Shown here piece by piece: positions 30,775 through 39,571 of a stretch of DNA of 64,000 nt. A program made the translations under genes and the position numbers. Source of the DNA: Candidatus Latescibacterota bacterium (GTDB lineage Bacteria; Latescibacterota; UBA2968; UBA8231); the NCBI GenBank assembly GCA_965206595.1, contig OZ242214.1, positions 2,784,001 to 2,848,000 of the forward strand, in the 5' to 3' direction. Numbering within the stretch: position 1 is the first letter of the stretch; each line of letters begins with the position of its first letter. The notes under the pieces were generated by a model, which saw only the letters and a list, made by a program, of their open reading frames with translations, made no database searches and had not been told where the DNA came from.

Positions 30775-31440
30775 CTATGCCGGATTATCCGCGATAAATC
30801 TTTCCACGAAGGTATGAGCATCTTTGGCATCATCAAGGGTAATCGCCGAACCCTTGCCGTGAGCAGCATCGTTGCGAAGGTCGCCGATGGATTGGATGCG
30901 TCGCCATCTCGGTTGATCATAGGCATTATCGCGAAGCAGGTCATTGTATTTTGAAATGCTTCCTCTCTTTGGCAATACAAGGCCACGTGCCTGGATCATT
31001 TTTTGTAAATGATCTTCCAGAACGCCGCCTGTAAGTACTAAAGCGGCAACATGATAATCGGCATCAAGAAGTTCAGATGCTTGTGCAAGGAAGTCATCGT
31101 GAATGTTGGCACGCAGTCTGGATTCAAGTGATTGCAACAATCCTTGACTGACCGAATCTCGAAGGGCGATAAGCACGCCAGTTACGGTCGGGATAAATGA
31201 TTTATCATTGCCGGCATCCGCAAGTTGGAATGATACACGTTCTTGCGGAATGTTTCCATAGTACTGGCTGTCCTTGCCTGCAATTCGTTCGATGGCAGCG
31301 AGAGCGGAAGTAACAAATGCTCTAAGCTCTGCTTCCGGTACACTTGACTCGTATGTGTATTCTCTCAATTGAAACGACCCGGCCAGTCGATTGCCCGTTT
31401 TAATGAGTTCGTCAAGCTGGGTCAAAACTTCCTTTTCCAT
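30775..31440 (-). CDS. HEPN/DUF4145-like protein
   Basis: AALVLTGGVLEDHL and LRNDAAH (RxxxxH) motifs. Confidence 0.65.
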   Translation of the reverse strand: MEKEVLTQLDELIKTGNRLAGSFQLREYTYESSVPEAELRAFVTSALAAIERIAGKDSQYYGNIPQERVSFQLADAGNDKSFIPTVTGVLIALRDSVSQGLLQSLESRLRANIHDDFLAQASELLDADYHVAALVLTGGVLEDHLQKMIQARGLVLPKRGSISKYNDLLRDNAYDQPRWRRIQSIGDLRNDAAHGKGSAITLDDAKDAHTFVERFIADNPA

Positions 31441-31470
31441 AGATATTGCTCCTTGGATCAGAGAGGTGCA

Positions 31471-33399
31471 TTAAAGACACCGCACGTTCCCGAGACCGTG
31501 CTGCTCCAGAATGGCGGAGAGGTTGGTCTTGGCGACGTCATCCACAAAAGCGCTGTCGCGGAAGATCACCGTGGCGTCAACCGTGGGTTCGAGTTGCTTG
31601 TCCCACTCGACAATGCCAAATGCCAGCGACTCCACCTCCTCTCGGGCGATGTGATCGTCGAGGCAGACGATCAACGTGCCCCCGCCGATGCATCGCACAG
31701 ACTTTCCAGCGACGGTTCGGGTCTCGATCGGTACGCAGAGATCGAAGCCCAGCTTGAGCAGCACCTCGTAAAGGATGTCGTTTTCACTTCGATCCGCCTT
31801 GATGTGCTCTATGCTATCGAGGAGCGCCCCCTCCAGATCATCATGGGCTGGCTCCCAAGTCCGAATGTTTGAGGTATCCAGCTTGAAAACTCGGAAGCTG
31901 AAAACTCGGAAGCCAAGGTCGCCTACGAAAAGCTTGTTCTCCTCTCTAATTCTTTTTTTGGAGCGGCGAAGACGTTCCTTAGTTAGTTCTGCTATACTCA
32001 AGGACCACCGATTTTTGCTACAAAAATCCGCGGCGGCTTTTTGATCTCTATTTTCGGTCGCAAGCACTTCTGGTAATTGAACGAGTATGAACCGTCTACA
32101 ACCTTCGTCTAAGGAATTCTGAAGCCAAGTTGCATGGCCTGTGGTCCCTGAACCTGCAAAGAAATCCACAATTATATCTTCAGGCCCAGTAGCCTGCTCA
32201 ATAATTCTTCGAATTAGTGATGTGGGCTTCGGAAACGAAAAGACTTCTGCCTGAAATAAATCTCTGATCTCCTGAGTTCCATCTGCGGTGTGCACGTCTT
32301 CAATGATGCTCCGAAAGGCAATGAATTCTGCCTGCATGTCCTTTCTAAATTTTTTCTCACGCGGACGACCATTTTCTTTCTTGGGAAACAAAATGCAATC
32401 GCTAGCTATCAACTGCTCCATTTTCTCCCTTGAGTACCTCCAACCCGTAGAAGGACTAGGGGAGAAACTACGGGCAGTTCTTGGTTCGACTATTTTATAG
32501 TGTAAATTAGGACGTTGATCACGAGTTGCCAATCCAAGTAGACTCCTACTCATCCAGGGCCCTCGTGGGTCATTGTCAGGATTGGAAAATTTACTTTCAT
32601 CTCGGTTTAGCCCTCGAAGAGTGTATCCTGAGTTCTTCGCATACGCGAGCATATATTCGTGATCCGTAGAGATATTGGTAACCGCTCGTGCGTCCGTGAA
32701 CTGCCGTGATTTCCAGACGAACTGAGCAATAAAATTCTCCGCCCCAAATAGCTCGTCGAGAAGCGCACGGAGGTTATTGACTTCTGTATCGTCACAGGAA
32801 ACGAAAAGAGCGCCTTGATCACTTAGCAAGTTACGACCCACACGGAGCCGCGGATACATCATGTTCAACCAGTCTGTGTGGAACCGCCCCGAGGCATCCG
32901 TATTCGACGACAACTTCCGGCTCTCCCCATCCGTCTGTCCCGTCAGTTGCAGATAATTCTGGATGTTGTCCCGGTAGTCGTCGGGATAGACGAAGTCCTT
33001 CCCGGTGTTGTACGGCGGGTCGATGTAAATCAGCTTCACCCTTCCGGAGTAGCTCTTCTGCAACAGCTTGAGCACCTCCAGGTTGTCGCCATCGAGCATC
33101 AGGTTCTGCGTCGTATTCCAATCGACGCTCTCCTCTGGGCAGGGACGCAGGGTGCCGGTCGATGGAGTCAGGGCGAGCTGCCGCGCCCTCCGCTTGCCGT
33201 GCCAGTTGAGGCCGTACTTCTCCTCGCGCTCTTCCACTGCACCCCCGAGAAGCTGCTTGAGCACCTCGAAATCGACCTTGCCTTCCGTGAACGCCTCGGG
33301 AAACAGGGCCTTCAGGTGCTCGATGTTTTCGGCGACAACACCGGCCGAGTCAGTCTTGGAGTCGTTTGCGGTGATCTTTTTCACTTTTCTTCGGTTCAC
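31471..33399 (-). CDS. mod: Type III RM DNA methyltransferase Mod (N6-adenine)
   Basis: GDNLEVLK, IYIDPPYNTG, FPKP, DFFAGSGTT motifs; AT-rich central target-recognition region. Confidence 0.95.
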   Translation of the reverse strand: MNRRKVKKITANDSKTDSAGVVAENIEHLKALFPEAFTEGKVDFEVLKQLLGGAVEEREEKYGLNWHGKRRARQLALTPSTGTLRPCPEESVDWNTTQNLMLDGDNLEVLKLLQKSYSGRVKLIYIDPPYNTGKDFVYPDDYRDNIQNYLQLTGQTDGESRKLSSNTDASGRFHTDWLNMMYPRLRVGRNLLSDQGALFVSCDDTEVNNLRALLDELFGAENFIAQFVWKSRQFTDARAVTNISTDHEYMLAYAKNSGYTLRGLNRDESKFSNPDNDPRGPWMSRSLLGLATRDQRPNLHYKIVEPRTARSFSPSPSTGWRYSREKMEQLIASDCILFPKKENGRPREKKFRKDMQAEFIAFRSIIEDVHTADGTQEIRDLFQAEVFSFPKPTSLIRRIIEQATGPEDIIVDFFAGSGTTGHATWLQNSLDEGCRRFILVQLPEVLATENRDQKAAADFCSKNRWSLSIAELTKERLRRSKKRIREENKLFVGDLGFRVFSFRVFKLDTSNIRTWEPAHDDLEGALLDSIEHIKADRSENDILYEVLLKLGFDLCVPIETRTVAGKSVRCIGGGTLIVCLDDHIAREEVESLAFGIVEWDKQLEPTVDATVIFRDSAFVDDVAKTNLSAILEQHGLGNVRCL

Positions 33400-33494
33400 A
33401 ATCTCGCGCGCCTAGGCAGCGACCATCTACCCGACCTGAAGTCGACTGGGCCGAACCGGGCAACGAGCGGGCGGGACCACGCTCGCACATTCGG

Positions 33495-34046
33495 CTATTT
33501 GGCCATCACCTGCGCCCGAATGAGCCGGAACAATTCCGCTTGGTACTCAGCATCACGCAGGGCGGTGTGATTCGGCTGCCGCCGCGGTTGTAATGCGGCA
33601 GCCATGCGGCTCGACCGAGTATCGGCCCATTGACAAGCTGTCGCACCCATGTAATAGGCTTTGATGTCTAGCCCAGAAAAGCCAAACGGATTCTCTCCAA
33701 TAAACCTGTGAAAATAATAGTTCACAAAGGACCAATCGAAAGGTGCATTGAAGCCAACGAAGACCAGGCTCTCGTCCACGCTTACCAGTCCTTTCAGCCA
33801 ATCGGCAAACTGCTTCATTCCCTCTTCCGGAGCCAAGCCTGTTCGTTCCAATGCTTCCAAGGATAGCCCCGATACCTTCAAGGCCATCGGATCCGCGTTG
33901 CGGTTGATCGGTTTGAGCTCGCAGGCGAATGTCAGGCTTTCGTCGTCAACGGCACAGGCACCAATTGACAGCAGGCTGAATTCCCCAGGAATCGGCCCTG
34001 CCGTTTCGACGTCGACAGAAACGAAAATCTCGCGTTCTTCGCTCAT
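33495..34046 (-). CDS. DEDDh 3'-5' exonuclease (CBASS Cap18-like)
   Basis: VDVETAGP, FNAPFDW, HTALRDA motifs; last gene of the CBASS operon, overlapping the effector gene. Confidence 0.85.
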   Translation of the reverse strand: MSEEREIFVSVDVETAGPIPGEFSLLSIGACAVDDESLTFACELKPINRNADPMALKVSGLSLEALERTGLAPEEGMKQFADWLKGLVSVDESLVFVGFNAPFDWSFVNYYFHRFIGENPFGFSGLDIKAYYMGATACQWADTRSSRMAAALQPRRQPNHTALRDAEYQAELFRLIRAQVMAK

Positions 34047-35209
34047 GGAATCAGAGGGTCCACTGGCACGAGAGAGGGGCGGTTTTGGATTGTGGTCCAG
34101 TGCGCCCGGAAGGCTTTTTTCCGTTTCTTGATCTTTCCATCTGTCTTCCAGTGCAGCGCCGCATAGCTGGCAATGTCAAATGGATGTCGGTTGCCTTTCT
34201 TGACCATGAGCATCGTTGGCAATCCGCGTCCGAGGGCATAGCCCAGTTCTATAAGGCAATTGGGGCGCATCCCGGTGATATCAGCCAGTACGAAGCGGCT
34301 GCGATGGAGCTTCTCGAAAATCTCTTGGTCAATGCGAGGGTGCTTGTACGGCTGAGAACCGTCGATTACTATCAGCTTGTAGCCGAATTCGTCCTCAATA
34401 ACCGGACAAACTATCTCGTGGAAGAAGGTTTCGACATCATCGTAGTCTTCACACTCGGGATCAAGCAACCGTACGGCGAAAGCCGGAGGCTTTTCCAGCC
34501 TTTCAAGAAGATCAATGATCGTGCTTACTCGCTCGCTGATCGGCTTACGCGAAGTGAAGTTGATGCAGTTGATCCAGGTATGAGCATTGTGGTGAATAGT
34601 CTGAAACAACCGTTGTGCTTGTGTACTGTCTAAACCAGAGGAAAACAGACGAAGCGCACCAGTATCGGGCGGTGTTATGCGGGCATTCAGCGGCACTACA
34701 GGCTTGCCGGCATCATGGTACAAATTGGCGAGAAACAGGACTCCGTCCGAGCCCCCGAGCGCGATGAGGATGTCGCCCTGCCGAGCTTGAGCTTCCATCC
34801 GCTTGCTGTTCATGTTCCAGTGGGAGACGTTTTCGATATGGACGAGATCAGACGCCCGCAGGTCATCCCAGAGTTGCTCGAACTCCGGCGGGATTTGCTC
34901 TTCATTCTTGTGATGCTGAACGGCGATGGCGAGCGGATTAGGTGCGCCAGAGGGTCGGCGAGCGAGGTTGTGGTAAAGCGTCTTCCAGATCAGCCAGTCG
35001 AAGCAAATCGGAAGGTTGTCGCCTTCCCGAAGCTTTTCGGCATCGACAGGCACAACAAAAGTCGCACCTCGTTCGATGAGAGCAATAACCAGTCCTTTCA
35101 CCAATTTACGTGCAGCCTGGACTTCGTCGGGGGTCGCCACTCCGGTGTCGCACGAGATGCTGCCCGCAATATGGATTCGGCGTCCGAATAACGACGACCT
35201 ATCCATCAC
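34043..35209 (-). CDS. CBASS effector: TPALS/SLOG-type sensor plus TIR/nucleoside-deoxyribosyltransferase-like domain
   Basis: N-terminal GRRIHIAGS..LIALGGSDGV..AGKPVVPL (SLOG-like); C-terminal VLADITGMRPNCLIELGYALG..PFDI. Confidence 0.72.
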   Translation of the reverse strand: MMDRSSLFGRRIHIAGSISCDTGVATPDEVQAARKLVKGLVIALIERGATFVVPVDAEKLREGDNLPICFDWLIWKTLYHNLARRPSGAPNPLAIAVQHHKNEEQIPPEFEQLWDDLRASDLVHIENVSHWNMNSKRMEAQARQGDILIALGGSDGVLFLANLYHDAGKPVVPLNARITPPDTGALRLFSSGLDSTQAQRLFQTIHHNAHTWINCINFTSRKPISERVSTIIDLLERLEKPPAFAVRLLDPECEDYDDVETFFHEIVCPVIEDEFGYKLIVIDGSQPYKHPRIDQEIFEKLHRSRFVLADITGMRPNCLIELGYALGRGLPTMLMVKKGNRHPFDIASYAALHWKTDGKIKKRKKAFRAHWTTIQNRPSLVPVDPLIP

Positions 35210-36105
35210 AGGCCTTCCATAACAGGTGACGGCTTAATTTCCGCAGCAACCGTTTGGAGATCGTCGAAACAAAGCGGACGATCTGGGAACGCCGACGCCA
35301 AGGCTTTTGGATAAAGTCGTGTCCGGATGTCCGAATAGGTCCAGATTGGTTGGGCATTTCCACGACAATCTGTGGCTTTAACCAGGTCGTCGAGCTGGGC
35401 TTCGGTCAGTGAGAGTGCCGCAAGATCCATTTCGAAAAGTTCCCGACGTTCTTCCTCTGACGGACGGGTGAACTCCTCGATGACCGAGGCACGTCGCTGA
35501 AGGGCGGGGTCGAGCGCCAGGACACGATTCGTGCAGAGGATGACAACAACTCGGCCGCCAAAGCGACGTAGATCGTCAACCCTCTGAATCAACGTGTTCA
35601 CAGCGACCTTGTCCTCGTGGTGGCTATGATCCTGCGACCGAGCCGAGGCGAGCGAGTCTCCTTCGTCAAGGATAAGAATGGCCCGACGACCTTTGCCTGC
35701 CGACTTGGCCACTTGTTCAAACGCTTCGATGAGCAGTGTTCCCATCTCTCCGACCTTGCCGGACCCACGGACCCGGTTGCCGAGCTTGAAGAGGACAGAA
35801 TCTTCTGTTTTACTCTCTGAAATCAGACGGTTTGCAATACACTCGGCCATCACGGTTTTACCAGTTCCGACGTCTCCGTGAAAGATCACGAGCGGATGCT
35901 GTTCAGCGACAAGATCGCACACGGCAAGCTGCCCCCCGTGGTGCTCTTGGTTCCACTCGGCGAGTTCGCGGTGATTCAACAGTAACCGCAGTTGGTTACG
36001 GACCCGGTTGTAGCGAACCTCGAAACCAAGCAGTGTCTTTTCCTGGGCCGCAAGGTTGGAGTCGGGCATGACCATTTCGCTCTCGAAGATATCAGCCTTG
36101 TTCAC
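35206..36105 (-). CDS. cap6: CBASS TRIP13/Pch2-like AAA+ ATPase (Cap6)
   Basis: GDVGTGKT, ILDEGD, HHEDKVAVNTLIQ, LDPALQRR; GTG start overlaps the HORMA stop. Confidence 0.9.
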   Translation of the reverse strand: MNKADIFESEMVMPDSNLAAQEKTLLGFEVRYNRVRNQLRLLLNHRELAEWNQEHHGGQLAVCDLVAEQHPLVIFHGDVGTGKTVMAECIANRLISESKTEDSVLFKLGNRVRGSGKVGEMGTLLIEAFEQVAKSAGKGRRAILILDEGDSLASARSQDHSHHEDKVAVNTLIQRVDDLRRFGGRVVVILCTNRVLALDPALQRRASVIEEFTRPSEEERRELFEMDLAALSLTEAQLDDLVKATDCRGNAQPIWTYSDIRTRLYPKALASAFPDRPLCFDDLQTVAAEIKPSPVMEGL

Positions 36106-36596
36106 GAGGTGAAATCCTTTCGCTGCATTCCCCACCCATTGCTCGCGTAAGTACGCCCGCCTGACTGGATGAGGCTGAAATGGCTGGTATCGGCACTTGT
36201 CGGTACCCATTTGCATTTGAGACTGCTCTCCATCTCCACTCTAGCAGTTGCGTCATAGTCGTCAGTGTAGCTCAATATGATTCGGAAGTCGGGATTTTCA
36301 ACGCGAGGCCACAAAACCCCGCCCGGACGGTACATCTCTAGGTCCCTTTCAGAGGTGTTGACGACATATTGCACGGCTTTAATCTCGGTTGATCCGCAGA
36401 AAAGCGTGAGGTCCACCATTTTCAAATACCCCTTCTTAGCCAGCACCTCGACGTCATGAGCGTAGTTGAGGGCCATGTACTCAGTGATGGCCCCGGAACT
36501 CTGGGCGATCATCACGAGGTCGGCAGTAAAGCGCCGCACGACCGTTTCGATGTCGGAGATTGTGTAGGAATAGGTCCCTGTTGCCGTATAGGTCAT
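36102..36596 (-). CDS. cap7: Bacterial HORMA domain protein (Cap7)
   Basis: 164 aa between cdnC and the ATPase; SYT..DIETVVRRFTADL, RPGGVLWP, YASNGWGMQRKDF. Confidence 0.88.
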   Translation of the reverse strand: MTYTATGTYSYTISDIETVVRRFTADLVMIAQSSGAITEYMALNYAHDVEVLAKKGYLKMVDLTLFCGSTEIKAVQYVVNTSERDLEMYRPGGVLWPRVENPDFRIILSYTDDYDATARVEMESSLKCKWVPTSADTSHFSLIQSGGRTYASNGWGMQRKDFTS

Positions 36597-36600
36597 TTTT

Positions 36601-37545
36601 TTACTCCTCGATTTTGAAGTTGGGTCCGAAAAGTTCCTTCCAAACTTCGTTGTCATTCTCGACGGACGCGAAATTTGCGGTCTCCCAAGCTTCTGATGCG
36701 GCGTTGACGATCTGCTGGCGCTCCGACTCCGTGATACGGGCTGCGACATTGTTGTCGCTCTGAACCGGGTCGATTATCACGACCGGATCGCCGAAGCAGC
36801 CGAGAGGCTCGGTGTTCTCAGGGAACTGGATGACTTCCTTCAGTTTCGACTGGGCAATGTAGAGCAAGAAGCGCCGAAAACGCTGTTCAATTGATCCCTC
36901 CGACCCCTCCTGATCTAGGAGGTGAGCCGTGATGAGTTCGATAGTGAACGATTTGAGCGGTTTGAGTTCGGCGTGGTTGCGCCATTTCTTGGCGAGACGG
37001 ACCAGCGTCCTGAAATGCTTGTCCTTGTCCTTTCGGTTCTGAACGAACTGAATCTGGCAGGGCGCGCACGTCTGCACCGTGGAGCCGTCCTCCAAGACGA
37101 ATTGCCAGCCGTAGTCGGGGCGGTCTTCGTCCTGGATCACTGGGACGACGTCGACATTGAGTCCGCTGCCGACGAATGAAACGGTGGTCGCCTTCCGCTG
37201 GATTTCAAAGTCACCCACATCCTTGTTGGGGTAGATCCTGATCAGCAGTTCGTGGATTGAGTTGTTCAGACTTTCCAAGGTTTCCTGATCGACACTCCTC
37301 TCGGCGATATAGAAGACGATATCTACGTCAACCGGATCCTCGGATGTTTTCCGAAGAATGGTGAACTTGGCAAAGGATCCTGCCTTCACAGTCTTCGTAA
37401 TCTTGATTTCGAGTTCATCTTGAAGATCCTCGCTGAGTTTCTCAATGAGAAAGTCGACCTGCTGGTGGTACTCCTTCCGCTTGTCGTCCGGAAGGCGAAG
37501 AACGTTGCTGTCATAGTAGATGAACTGGGAGTCGTTCAGCGGCAT
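36601..37545 (-). CDS. cdnC: CBASS oligonucleotide cyclase (CD-NTase, CdnC-like)
   Basis: AGSFAKFT..DVDIVF..DVVP, LKSFTIEL, IIDPV..NNVA, WKELFGP. Confidence 0.93.
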   Translation of the reverse strand: MPLNDSQFIYYDSNVLRLPDDKRKEYHQQVDFLIEKLSEDLQDELEIKITKTVKAGSFAKFTILRKTSEDPVDVDIVFYIAERSVDQETLESLNNSIHELLIRIYPNKDVGDFEIQRKATTVSFVGSGLNVDVVPVIQDEDRPDYGWQFVLEDGSTVQTCAPCQIQFVQNRKDKDKHFRTLVRLAKKWRNHAELKPLKSFTIELITAHLLDQEGSEGSIEQRFRRFLLYIAQSKLKEVIQFPENTEPLGCFGDPVVIIDPVQSDNNVAARITESERQQIVNAASEAWETANFASVENDNEVWKELFGPNFKIEE

Positions 37546-37747
37546 GAATGTCCTCCTTGAGATGACTTTATCATACAGTAACGCGCACTGCCGATGGGGG
37601 GCTTGATCACCGGATTGGTTTCCATCTCCCGAATAATGTGGCTAAGCCACCCTTACTCGAGGTATTCGAAGCGGAGATCGTTTTCATCGGTGAATTCCAT
37701 TTCAGAGTTCGGCCCATCGTCCAAAGGCCCGTGGAGAAAGCATCACA

Positions 37748-37783
37748 TTGACGAAACTAGGAGAAATGGTTATCTTGTCAAGA
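37748..37783 (+). promoter_or_regulatory. Sigma70 promoter TTGACG-17-TATCTT with overlapping palindrome TCTTGTCAAGA
   Basis: Read directly from sequence; ATG follows at 37788, implying a near-leaderless transcript. Confidence 0.55.
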
Positions 37784-37787
37784 GCCG

Positions 37788-38921
37788 ATGGCTGGAAAAA
37801 ATCACATTGCCGCAAACATCGCCCGGCTCCGACTGGACCGGCAGTTGACCCAGGAGGAACTCGCCCAAAAGGCGGAACTCTCCCGGATAGCTCTTGGTAA
37901 GATCGAGCGAGGCACCGTCGTCCCGCGTGCCCGTACACTCACCGCTCTCGGGAAAGCACTGCAGGTTCCGCTGGGCGATCTGGTGACTCCTGTCCGACCT
38001 CTCGAGACCGTGCGCTTCCGGGCCCAGGCGCGGGTTCTTGGCCGGGCTCAGATCTTGGCCGAGGTGGCCAAATGGCTCGACGCCTACACTCAAGTCGAAG
38101 CCGATCTCGGGGAGTCGTGCCCCTTTCGGTTCGAAACTGTTCCCACTCGCCCCGGGAACCCGGTGAAAACCGCAGAAGCCGCGCGCAAAGCCATACGGTT
38201 CGCCCCCAAGGAACCGGTTCGCGACATCTGCGGGCTGCTAGAGGAGAACGGGGTGAAGCTCCTGCTCCTCGGTAAAAAGAGCGACTCCTTCTTCGGACTG
38301 AGCGTCGCCGCGGGAGACGGCGGCCCTGCAGTTGTGGTCAACACCTGGGATCGGATTTCGGTGGAGCGCTGGATCTTTACCGCGGTACATGAGCTCGGTC
38401 ACCTTTTACTTCATCCGACTGAATACCAAAGCGACGCAACCGAACCCTCGGTGAGGACAGAGCGCGAGGCCGACATTTTTGCCAGCCACTTCCTGATGCC
38501 GGAAGGCGCGTTCACCCCGGAGTGGGACGAAACGCGGGGGCTCCCGCTTCTCGTCCGGGTCCTCAAGGTCAAGCGTATCTTTCGAGTGAGTTACAAAACC
38601 GTGCTCTACCGGCTGGTCGAATCCGGTCGGGAAACCTCGATTATCTGGCGTGCATTCCAGCGACAGCACCTCCAACGTTTCGGCAGGACCCTGCGAAAAA
38701 CCCAGGAACCCGAGGCTCTTGAGAAAAGCGAGTTCGCCTGGAACTGGAGCCGCTCCGGCGAACCCGAGGGTCTCTCCAGGCACGACTTTGTGGAGAATCG
38801 CCTCTCAAGGCTCGTGCGACAGGGGCTCGAGCAGGGGCACCTCTCCATCGGACGTGCCGCCGAGATTCTTAGGCTGTCCCGTGAAGAGATGAGGAGTCAG
38901 GTGCGTGAGTGGGCGGGGTAG
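37788..38921 (+). CDS. XRE HTH - ImmA/IrrE family Zn metallopeptidase fusion
   Basis: LTQEELAQKAELSRIALGKIERG HTH; FTAVHELGH (HExxH); EREADIFASHFLMP. Confidence 0.92.
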   Translation: MAGKNHIAANIARLRLDRQLTQEELAQKAELSRIALGKIERGTVVPRARTLTALGKALQVPLGDLVTPVRPLETVRFRAQARVLGRAQILAEVAKWLDAYTQVEADLGESCPFRFETVPTRPGNPVKTAEAARKAIRFAPKEPVRDICGLLEENGVKLLLLGKKSDSFFGLSVAAGDGGPAVVVNTWDRISVERWIFTAVHELGHLLLHPTEYQSDATEPSVRTEREADIFASHFLMPEGAFTPEWDETRGLPLLVRVLKVKRIFRVSYKTVLYRLVESGRETSIIWRAFQRQHLQRFGRTLRKTQEPEALEKSEFAWNWSRSGEPEGLSRHDFVENRLSRLVRQGLEQGHLSIGRAAEILRLSREEMRSQVREWAG

Positions 38922-38927
38922 ATCGCC

Positions 38928-39431
38928 ATGGTCCCGACGGTGCTTCTCGCCGATGCAGATGTGCTCATCGACTACCGCGACTCGGCGTTGGAAATCCTCG
39001 AACTCGTGGTGCAGCACATTGGGCGAGTGGTCGTTCTGGCACCCGTGCTCGATGAGGTGCAGGGCTTAGCCCGGGCGAAATGCGCACAACTCGGCCTTGA
39101 GGTTGTCGCAGTCGAGAAAGAACGGTTGGTGCAGGCTTCAGAGGTCGAGTCACGCGTTTCCTTCAACGATCGCCTCTGCCTGGTCGCGTGTCGCGAGGAA
39201 GGCTGGACTTGCGTCACAAACGACCGGGCGCTCCGCCGGCTCTGTGAAAGCCACGGCGTGGCGACGCGATTCGGCCTCAGCCTCATGGTAGACTTGGTGA
39301 CTGCCCGTGTCCTTACACGACGGCGTGCCTTGGCTGTCGCACGCCAGATCCAGAAGTCGAATCCGCTCCACATCAACGAGTCTGTACTTACACGCTTCAA
39401 AGCCGCGCTCACCGCTGGAGCTTCATCCTGA
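38928..39431 (+). CDS. PIN-domain protein paired with the HTH-peptidase
   Basis: LADADVLID, SFND, VTNDRALRR motifs. Confidence 0.8.
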   Translation: MVPTVLLADADVLIDYRDSALEILELVVQHIGRVVVLAPVLDEVQGLARAKCAQLGLEVVAVEKERLVQASEVESRVSFNDRLCLVACREEGWTCVTNDRALRRLCESHGVATRFGLSLMVDLVTARVLTRRRALAVARQIQKSNPLHINESVLTRFKAALTAGASS

Positions 39432-39571
39432 TCTTCTTGCATAGCCTGCCCATGCTCTCCATGGTGATGGCTTTTCCAGCACCGGCACATCGGCCGCCAT
39501 ACCAGTAGTTTTCAACAAACGCGCACGCAGTCGCCCAGCTTGCAGAGACTCCCTGGTGACTGCTGCGGCCG

